Of a stretch of DNA of 26,098 nucleotides, positions 16,418 through 23,481 are shown piece after piece. Position 1 is the stretch's first letter. Each line of letters starts with the position of its first letter. The position numbers and the translations under genes are program-made. The notes beneath the pieces are model-generated. The model was not told the origin of the DNA. It made no database searches and was given only the letters and a program-made list of their open reading frames with translations. Source of the DNA: Myxococcales bacterium (GTDB lineage: Bacteria; Myxococcota_A; UBA9042; JABWCM01; BTVJ01); assembly GCA_045863395.1 (NCBI GenBank), contig BTVJ01000098.1:1-26098 (forward strand), read 5' to 3'.

Positions 16418-17014
16418 TCAGGAAGAGCGTCCGAAGTAGTAGCGCGTCTTGCGAGCATGGAAGAGGTCGCCGCGGACGCGGTAGACGGCGAGCTGGATGG
16501 TCTCGGTGCCCCGGTTGCCCCGGCCGTCGTTGAGGTACGACTCCTGCTCCACGACCAGGGCAGGGCCCACCCTGTGGCAGGTGGGCGTCTCCCAGGTGAT
16601 GACGTCGTGAGAGTTGGCGGTGGGGACGTCGGGCGCGGACGAGCCGATCTCAGCGGCGGTCCCGAGCCAGCGCACCTCGCCGGTCACCTCGCAGTAGGTG
16701 TGGGAGGATCCTGCGGCCTCGAGGAGTGACGGGTCGCGGACTCCCGCCGGTTCCAGGGCATAGAGGACGCCCCACCAGGGTGGGGGCGCGTGGAGCCGCA
16801 GCCAGATCAGCGCCCGACTGCCGCCCGGTATGACCAGAGGGCCTGGGGCATCGTGGCGCCAGGGGTGATCCTCCACCAGCGCGGCCAGCCGTGCGTGGAC
16901 CTCGTCGGCGACCGGCGCGATGGCCGCCGCGTCGAGGACCAGCTTGAGCGCGAGCGGGCGGTCTCCGCCTTCGAGGGCTTCATCTGCCTTGTCGAGCAGC
17001 TCGTCGATGGACAT
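16418..17014 (-). CDS. Hypothetical protein (198 aa) with an N-terminal TPR-like helical hairpin
   Basis: ATG at 17014 with a GAGGAGG RBS upstream. ELLDKADEALEGGDRPLALKLVLDAAAIAP resembles a single TPR unit. The gene converges on the 13993 gene. Confidence 0.65.
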   Translation of the reverse strand: MSIDELLDKADEALEGGDRPLALKLVLDAAAIAPVADEVHARLAALVEDHPWRHDAPGPLVIPGGSRALIWLRLHAPPPWWGVLYALEPAGVRDPSLLEAAGSSHTYCEVTGEVRWLGTAAEIGSSAPDVPTANSHDVITWETPTCHRVGPALVVEQESYLNDGRGNRGTETIQLAVYRVRGDLFHARKTRYYFGRSS

Positions 17015-17316
17015 GGTCTGTGGTCCTCCTCTGCGTTCGTCCCCAATGATGGACGGCGAGTGCCGGGAACGCCAGCTCTCTCACGCGCAGTCATGTCGGT
17101 TCTCGACCTGGGCGGCCTGCCCGCACCGTGAGGGCTTCGCGAATCTTCCTGTCAGAGCCTTCCGCCGAGAGGTTCTCCGGCCCTGTGGGCTGGACGTGGG
17201 CATGGCCCTGTCCAGCGGTGTGCGGCATGTCGCTGCACCGGGCCGGCGTCCGAGGTGGGGCCGAAGGCTTCGTGAGGTCGCCGGCGCATCGTGTTCGCAG
17301 ACGTGTGAGGGAGACC

Positions 17317-20300
17317 ATGTCGAGGTTCGTAGGGATCGGGGCCGGGCGGGGACGCTCGGTGTGGTGGCTGGGGGCGGTCGTGGTGCTCGGGGTTCTGATG
17401 CCGCGGCTGGCGATGGCGCAGAGCGTCGCCTGGTACAGCCAGAATGACGCCAAGTGGAAGTCGAACAAGCTCGGGACGTGCTCGGGGCTGACCATCGGAT
17501 CTCACGGGTGCGTCGTGACCTGCATGGCGATGCTCCACACCGCGGAGACCAGCGTGGCGTCCGGGGTGGATCCCGGGGCGCTCAACACCTGGATGACGAA
17601 CAACGGCGGCTACGCTGAGGGCTGTCTGACGGACTGGGCCAAAGCTGCCGCCTACGACGGCGCGGGTGGCCTCGTCTACGTGGGGTCCAGCGGAACCTGG
17701 AACGACTGGGCCTACCTGGACGCGCAGCTCGCCGCGGGCCGCATGGTCGTGGTGAAGGTGGACTTCACGCCGACGACCGCGGACATCGCCGAGCACTGGG
17801 TGGTGGTGACGGGGCGCACGGGGCCGAGCGGGGTCCCGAGCTCCTACCCGATCAACGACCCGTACCCCACGACGTATGTGGCCCGGACGCTCCAGCACTA
17901 CTACGATTCCACCTCCAAGAACACCTTCTTCGCGGCGCGGTCCTTCGGTGGCACGTTCGGGTCTTCGGGGACGTGCCCGACGGCGGACGGCACGCTGATC
18001 AAGAAGACCTCGACGGCGGCCATCTACTACATGCTCCGCGGCAAGCGCTGGTGGATCCAGAACGAGACCCACTTCAACGCGCTCGGACTCTCGTTCTCCA
18101 ACGTGTGCGAAATGGCGGACTCCAAGGTGGACGCGATCCCGCTCGGGCCCACCATCGGCGCGAACGGGACGACCTTCAAGACCACCAGCGAGGTCACGGT
18201 GTGGAAGGTCGAGGGCACCCAGCGCAGGAAGTTCGACCTGGAGTGGGTGTTCAAGGACTGCTACGGCCTCTCCTTCGACGACGTGTTCGACAAGGCCACG
18301 ACGACATTCCGAAACCTGTTCCCGGAGGGGTCCAAGATGGCCTACGACTGCCAGCCGGGGAGCAAAGAGTCACAGTCCTGCGGAAGCTGCGGCGAGGGCT
18401 CCAAGTCGCGCACCTGCTCTTCGGCCTGTACGTGGGGCTCGTTCGGGTCCTGCGCGAACCAGGGGGTGTGCTCTCCGGGGCAGTCACAGTCTCAGCCCTG
18501 TGGGTCGTGCGGTGAAGGCTCGCAGACGAGGACGTGCTCGTCGTCGACGTGCCAGTGGGGCTCGTGGGGGTCCTGCGTGAACCAGGGGGTGTGCTCGCCC
18601 GGGCAGCAGGAGACCCTGGCGTGCGGACTCTGCGGGGAGGGTCTCATGAGCCGCACCTGCAAGTCGGACTCGTGCACCTGGGGGAGCTACGGCGCCTGCG
18701 GCGGGACGGGTCCCTGTGCGCCGGGAACCACGGAGTACTCGGCGTGCGGCACGTGCGGAGAGGGCCAGAAGTCCCGCACGTGTGACTACGCCACCTGCGA
18801 TTGGGGCGGGTGGGGCACCTGCGGTGGCGCGGGTGTCTGCGTCCCCGGCGAGGTCCAGAAGGAGGCCTGTGGCGCGTGCGGCGAAGGCACCCGCTCCAGG
18901 GTGTGCCAGGCCGGGACGTGCGGGTGGGGAGCGTGGGGACTCTGCGAGACGGGGGCGACCTGCTCGCCCGGTCAGAGCGAGACCCAGGCGTGCGGAGACT
19001 GCGGCATGAGGACGCGCCAGTGCTCGGCGGACTCGTGCACCTGGGCGGCCTGGGGCGCGTGCTCCGGTGAGGGTGTGTGCTCACCGGGAGAGACCGAGAA
19101 GGGCTCCTGCGGAGACTGCGGCTCGCGGGTTCGCGCCTGCTCCGGCGCCTGCGGGTGGCAGGAGTGGAGCGCGTGCTCCGGGCAGTGCAACGACGGAGAC
19201 GCCTGCAACGGTGTCGAGACCTGCACCGGAGGGGTGTGCCTGGCCGGGTCGCCTCTGCTCTGCGACGACGGGAACGCATGCAACGGCGTCGAGACCTGCG
19301 ACGCGAGCAGCGGCTGCAAGGCCGGGAAGCCGCTGGTGTGCGACGACGGCAACGCGTGTAACGGCGTCGAGACCTGCGCTCCGGCGCTCGGCTGCCTGGC
19401 CGGCTCACCGGTCGCGTGCCCGGCGAACCTCCCCTGCAACCCCGCCACCGGGACCTGCGCGGTCTGCGTGCCTGACTGCGCGGGCAAGGCGTGCGGCGGC
19501 GATGGCTGCGGGGGCTCCTGCGGGACCTGCGCCGGCGATCCCTGCGCACCGGCGGCCTGTCAGGCGGGGCAGTGCGTGTCTCTGCCCGTGGACTGCTCGG
19601 ACGGCAACCCCTGCACCACCGACGGCTGTGACCCGAAGACTGGCGCCTGCACACACGACGCCCTGGTCTGCGACGACAACGACGTGTGTACCAAGGACCT
19701 GTGCGTGGGCGGAGTCTGCCAGAGCGTCTGGTCCGGTGTCTGCACGTGCACCGTGGACGCCGACTGCCCCAACGACGGCGACCTGTGCAATGGCTCGCTC
19801 CTGTGCAAGGCGGGCCAGTGCGTGACGGACCCCGCGACGGTGGTGACGTGCGCGGGGGGAACGTCCTGTGCGCCGCAGACCGGGCTCTGCACCTGCACGC
19901 CATCGTGCGCGGGCAAGGCGTGCGGGGACGACGGCTGCGGTGGGAGCTGCGGCGCCTGCACCGGCTCGCCCTGCGCCACGAGCGCCTGTGTGGAGGGCAA
20001 GTGCCTGACGGCGCCGCTGGTCTGCGGCGACGGCAACCCGTGCACGGACGACGCGTGCGACCCGGCGGCAGGCTGTGTCCACACGCCGAAGAAGTGCGAC
20101 GACGGGGACCCCTGCACCGTCGGGGTGTGCGAGGGGGCGTCCGGCGCCTGCGTCCACCTGCCGAAGGGCTGCGCCTGCACCAGCGCCGCCGACTGTGGCG
20201 GAGGGCTCTGCGGAGACTCCCAGGCATGCATCGACCATGTCTGTGTCGCCGTCCCCGGGACCGCGGTGGTGTGCCCGGCCGGGACTGCCTGCGACCCGGC

Positions 20301-21129
20301 CTCCGGCGCCTGTGTGGGCTGTGTTCCCCAGTGCGACGGAGTCTGCGGAGACGACGGGTGCGGCGGGAGCTGCGGTGGCTGCGACGACGGCGACTCGTGT
20401 ACGGACGATGGGTGCGTCACCGGCGCGTGTGTGTTCACCTCCAAGGCGTGCGATGACGGCAATCCATGCACGGACGACGGATGCGCTGGGGGAGTCTGCA
20501 CCTCGGCGCCTCGCACGTGTGACGACGGCGTGGCGTGCACCCTGGACCTGTGCGACGGCCTCACCGGGGCCTGCTCCAACCTCGCCATGGACTGCGGATG
20601 CGCCACGGACGGTGACTGTGAGGACGACGGTGACCTGTGCAGCGGCACGCCACTCTGCGTCGAGGGGACCTGCGTGGCCGGCCCCAGCGTCACCTGCGCC
20701 GCCGGAACCTGCGACCCCGAGACAGGCGCCTGCGTCGTCTGCAAGCCGGCGTGCTCAGGGCGAGACTGCGGCGACGACGGCTGCGGCGGGAGCTGCGGCA
20801 CCTGTGAAGGCGCGTGCGAGGACGGCCGGTGCGCCTCCGCCTGCGTCTGCCCGCCGGGCGGTGAGCTGGTCTGCGGTGCGGATGGAGTCACCTGGGGCTC
20901 CGAGTGTCTCGCCGCTTGCGCCGGTGCGACCGTCGCACACGCGGGGCCGTGCATCGCCGCCGAAGCCGACGCCACGTTGGGTCCCACCGGCGGTCTCACG
21001 GTCGGCGTCCCGGCGGACGGCTCCGCGGACGGCGGGTGCAGCGCGGGCGGTCCGGCGGCCTCTGTCTGGGCCCTCCTGCTGATCCTTGGGGTCCTTCGAC
21101 GACGCCGGCAGGACCACGCATCCTTGTAG
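17317..21129 (+). CDS. Large Cys-rich cell-surface protein: signal peptide, C39-like papain-fold peptidase, two ~58-aa repeats, seven TSP1-like repeats, Cys-rich stalk, Kazal-type domain and MYXO-CTERM anchor
   Basis: The likely start is ATG 17317 after GAGGGAG (1270 aa), in frame with track ORF 17128..21129. Signal peptide ends LAMA|Q. YSQND...IGSHGC (Cys 17509), HWVVV (His 17794) and INDP (Asp 17857) form a C39-like triad. The C-terminus reads GGCSAGG-PAASVWALLLILGVL-RRRR. Confidence 0.85.
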   Translation: MSRFVGIGAGRGRSVWWLGAVVVLGVLMPRLAMAQSVAWYSQNDAKWKSNKLGTCSGLTIGSHGCVVTCMAMLHTAETSVASGVDPGALNTWMTNNGGYAEGCLTDWAKAAAYDGAGGLVYVGSSGTWNDWAYLDAQLAAGRMVVVKVDFTPTTADIAEHWVVVTGRTGPSGVPSSYPINDPYPTTYVARTLQHYYDSTSKNTFFAARSFGGTFGSSGTCPTADGTLIKKTSTAAIYYMLRGKRWWIQNETHFNALGLSFSNVCEMADSKVDAIPLGPTIGANGTTFKTTSEVTVWKVEGTQRRKFDLEWVFKDCYGLSFDDVFDKATTTFRNLFPEGSKMAYDCQPGSKESQSCGSCGEGSKSRTCSSACTWGSFGSCANQGVCSPGQSQSQPCGSCGEGSQTRTCSSSTCQWGSWGSCVNQGVCSPGQQETLACGLCGEGLMSRTCKSDSCTWGSYGACGGTGPCAPGTTEYSACGTCGEGQKSRTCDYATCDWGGWGTCGGAGVCVPGEVQKEACGACGEGTRSRVCQAGTCGWGAWGLCETGATCSPGQSETQACGDCGMRTRQCSADSCTWAAWGACSGEGVCSPGETEKGSCGDCGSRVRACSGACGWQEWSACSGQCNDGDACNGVETCTGGVCLAGSPLLCDDGNACNGVETCDASSGCKAGKPLVCDDGNACNGVETCAPALGCLAGSPVACPANLPCNPATGTCAVCVPDCAGKACGGDGCGGSCGTCAGDPCAPAACQAGQCVSLPVDCSDGNPCTTDGCDPKTGACTHDALVCDDNDVCTKDLCVGGVCQSVWSGVCTCTVDADCPNDGDLCNGSLLCKAGQCVTDPATVVTCAGGTSCAPQTGLCTCTPSCAGKACGDDGCGGSCGACTGSPCATSACVEGKCLTAPLVCGDGNPCTDDACDPAAGCVHTPKKCDDGDPCTVGVCEGASGACVHLPKGCACTSAADCGGGLCGDSQACIDHVCVAVPGTAVVCPAGTACDPASGACVGCVPQCDGVCGDDGCGGSCGGCDDGDSCTDDGCVTGACVFTSKACDDGNPCTDDGCAGGVCTSAPRTCDDGVACTLDLCDGLTGACSNLAMDCGCATDGDCEDDGDLCSGTPLCVEGTCVAGPSVTCAAGTCDPETGACVVCKPACSGRDCGDDGCGGSCGTCEGACEDGRCASACVCPPGGELVCGADGVTWGSECLAACAGATVAHAGPCIAAEADATLGPTGGLTVGVPADGSADGGCSAGGPAASVWALLLILGVLRRRRQDHASL
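17986..18340 (+). repeat. Two ~58-aa protein repeats (DGTLIKKTSTAAIYYMLRGKRWWI...F...GLSF / NGTTFKTTSEVTVWKVEGTQRRKF...F...GLSF)
   Basis: Visible self-similarity in the translation, directly after the peptidase domain. Confidence 0.7.
18349..19185 (+). repeat. Seven tandem ~40-aa six-Cys repeats (CxPG...CGxCGEGxxxRxC...CxWxxWGxC), thrombospondin type-1-like
   Basis: Counted in the translation: units begin CQPG, CSPG, CSPG, CAPG, CVPG, CSPG and CSPG, each with a Wxx[W/F/Y]xxC motif and an xRxC motif. Confidence 0.85.
19186..20835 (+). repeat. Cys-rich stalk: three CDDGNACNGVETC units followed by three ~140-143-aa super-repeats built from CxPxC...CGxDGCGGSCG and CDDGNPCTxD modules
   Basis: The CxPxC...DGCGGSCG module starts at 19465, 19894, 20320 and 20740 (spacings 429, 426 and 420 nt). 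Confidence 0.85.
20842..20952 (+). other. Kazal-type domain
   Basis: CVCPPGGELVCGADGVTWGSECLAACAGATVAHAGPC matches the Kazal pattern C-x-C-x7-C-GxDGxT[YW]xxxC...C...C. Confidence 0.75.
21031..21108 (+). other. MYXO-CTERM-type C-terminal sorting signal
   Basis: GGC motif, short spacer, hydrophobic helix and RRRR at the C-terminus. Confidence 0.8.
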
Positions 21130-21165
21130 GCAGGTTGCGCCCGGGCGGGTCGCCCTACCTCTGCG

Positions 21166-21216
21166 GGCAATCACACCGCCACGTGCCAGCGTGTGTCACG
21201 TCGCGGTGTGGCTGCC
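21166..21216 (+). terminator. Long GC-rich stem-loop downstream of the surface-protein gene; possible terminator or RNA stability element
   Basis: GGCAATCACACCGC-C-ACGTG pairs with CACGT-C-GCGGTGTGGCTGCC (about 18 pairs, 2 mismatches, 11-nt loop). No U-tract follows. Confidence 0.4.
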
Positions 21217-21457
21217 TCATCGACTCCGTCCGGTCCCCGACTCGTCTCACCTCCCCGAGACCAGTAGAGTTCGTGCGTGACATCTGCGGCGTCCTGCGAT
21301 ACGGTCCGCACTGCCAGCACCCAGGAGGGGACCGCCAGGAGGGAGACCTCAGGACCTGACCGCGGGGCCGTGTCAGATCGGGGCGGCCCGCGACTCCCCT
21401 CTCTCTGAGCCTGGAGTGAATCTCCGGGACGCGGGCACCACCTTCGGAGGACGACTC

Positions 21458-23377
21458 ATGGCAGAGCCAGACGTCATCGCGGCGCGCACCACCCTGGTGT
21501 TCGCCTTCCAGTGGGACGCGTCTGCGCGGACCGTCGCCGAGTGGGCGGACCTGGCGCTCTCGCGCCGGCTGCCCAAGCGGCGCGCCGACAGGGAGCCCTG
21601 CCCGGTGTGGCAGGGAGTCGACATCGGCAAGCGCGCCGAGCAGGTCCACGAGCTGTCCGGGTCCATTCGCGCCATGCTGGGCCTGACGCAGGGGGCGGAT
21701 GCGGCCCCGGGCGTCCCAGAGTCGGAGGGGCCGTCCATGCGGTGGCTCGAGCTGCACGCCGACGCCCGACAGGTGCTGTTCTCGAAGGCGGTGCTGACGG
21801 ACGGCAAGAAGGCCGCTCCGGCGGCGCGGCCACTGGTCGAGGGTGTGGAGCTGGTCGTCTTCCCCATCGGGGTCGGGGCGCTGCTCTTCCGCCTCGACTG
21901 GCAACCGAGGGGAGCGCAGCGTCTCCCCGCGACGCGCCTCCGCCACCTGGTCCACGTGGCGCGCACGGTGGTCGCGGAGGACGGCACGCCCGGGTGGCGG
22001 CTCGATGGGGCGCCCGCTCCTCTCCCCGACGGGTCTGCGCCGCCGCACCTGGACCCCGGCGCGCCGGAGCACGTCGACGCGCTCGGGCCCGAGCTGGTGG
22101 CCGCGCTCTACGGGAGTGCCTGCGTCGACCTGCGCACGGCCGCGACCTGGCTCCTCATGCTCCCCGGCGACCCAGAGGGTGAAGGCAAGCGGCGCCTCGG
22201 CCGGAGCCGGTACGCCTTCCACCAGACCGCGGTGGTGCTCGACGGGGCTCCAGATCCGGGTCTGGCGACCGAGCTCCTGTTCCACCTGCGGCGGGGCTAC
22301 GACGCGGAGTATGCGCCCCCGTCGGACCCGGGGCGCGACGTGGTCCTGGTGCCCCGCGCCAACCGCATGATGGGCGTGGCCCGCGAGGGGACCGCGAGCC
22401 TCTCGTGGGTCACGGATGACGCCAACGCTCCCTTCGAGACCCTGGACTGGCCGCTGCGCTTCACGCGCGGGGTCTATCTGGTCCTGGCGCTGTTGGTCCA
22501 GGCCGAGCGCGGAGCCCTGTCGCGGCTGGAGGAGCTGGTCGCGGCCCAGGTCGCGGCGGTGCTCCGTCTCAAGCGCCCGGCCGGCGGAGCGGACGCCGCC
22601 CATGCGGACAACGTGCGCGCGGCGCGGGACGCGCTGCGGACCCTTGCGGTGGACATGGTCCAGTACACGCTGAGCATGACCCCCGATGACACGGGCGCCA
22701 TCACGGACTACGACGACTTCTTCGACGCGCTGAACAGCGTCTATGGCGTCAAGGAGATGCAGGCCGCGGTGCGCGACGACCTGCGCGAGGTGGTCTCCCT
22801 GGTGGAGGCGACGTACCACGAGCTGCAGGAGATTCGGCAGCACGAGGAGGCGGTGGCCCAGGCCGAGCGTCTCCAGATGGAGCAGCGGGAGCGTGACGCC
22901 GACGCTCGAAGGCGTGAGGCCGAGCGTGCGGCCGATGAGGCGAGGCGTCTCGAAGGCGAGGCGCGGCTGAAGCGCCAGCGCCAGCAGGACCTCGACGAGC
23001 GCGAGCGCCACTGGAAGCTCGGCGAGCTGCGGGACCGCCGCGTCCAGGGCCTGGTGGCGGTCGCGGGCGGGTTGACGCTTCCCTTCGTGCTGGTGGCCAG
23101 TGTGTTTGGGATGGAGCTTCAGACTCTCCCGCAGTGGGACATCCGGGTGGTCATCGGTCTGGCGGTGGCTGCCTCGGTGACCCTGGGACTGTTCTTCTGG
23201 TGGTATCTCCGCCGCCCCTTGGAGCTGCCGTCGACGCCGGCCCGCTCGACGAACGGCGTGGCTCCAGACTCCAGGCTCCCCGCTGGCGGAGACGGAATTG
23301 CGCCCACGGGGGGGACGTCGAGCCGCGGTGGTGGGGCCGGTTCGTCCGATCCGCCATCGGGATTCACCGCCGGTTGA
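21458..23377 (+). CDS. Divergent CorA-like membrane protein (639 aa) with a large soluble N-terminal domain, an extended charged helix and two C-terminal TM helices; signature is GME rather than GMN
   Basis: ATG 21458 with GGAGG at 21446-21450. TM1 GLVAVAGGLTLPFVLVASVFGME (FGME 23105-23116), a short loop, TM2 VVIGLAVAASVTLGLFFWWYL and a basic RR tail give the CorA/2-TM-GxN layout. Confidence 0.72.
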   Translation: MAEPDVIAARTTLVFAFQWDASARTVAEWADLALSRRLPKRRADREPCPVWQGVDIGKRAEQVHELSGSIRAMLGLTQGADAAPGVPESEGPSMRWLELHADARQVLFSKAVLTDGKKAAPAARPLVEGVELVVFPIGVGALLFRLDWQPRGAQRLPATRLRHLVHVARTVVAEDGTPGWRLDGAPAPLPDGSAPPHLDPGAPEHVDALGPELVAALYGSACVDLRTAATWLLMLPGDPEGEGKRRLGRSRYAFHQTAVVLDGAPDPGLATELLFHLRRGYDAEYAPPSDPGRDVVLVPRANRMMGVAREGTASLSWVTDDANAPFETLDWPLRFTRGVYLVLALLVQAERGALSRLEELVAAQVAAVLRLKRPAGGADAAHADNVRAARDALRTLAVDMVQYTLSMTPDDTGAITDYDDFFDALNSVYGVKEMQAAVRDDLREVVSLVEATYHELQEIRQHEEAVAQAERLQMEQRERDADARRREAERAADEARRLEGEARLKRQRQQDLDERERHWKLGELRDRRVQGLVAVAGGLTLPFVLVASVFGMELQTLPQWDIRVVIGLAVAASVTLGLFFWWYLRRPLELPSTPARSTNGVAPDSRLPAGGDGIAPTGGTSSRGGGAGSSDPPSGFTAG

Positions 23378-23481
23378 CGCGCCCGCTCAGAGCGTGCCAG
23401 GGTCGCTACCACATGAAATGACGGCATGATGACGGGCCGGGCGCAGAGCAGCCGGCCCACGAGCCCGAGAGGGAGGCAGTG

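Noticed and set aside
18349..20835. Possible CRISPR array or non-coding repeat array
   Set aside because: The repeats are degenerate at synonymous positions and conserved at the protein level, so they are coding repeats with no repeat-spacer structure.
21458..23377. Housekeeping corA, or part of a type III CRISPR locus
   Set aside because: It has GME instead of GMN and an atypical size. No cas genes or CRISPR repeats are visible in the window, although the sequence beyond the edge is unknown.
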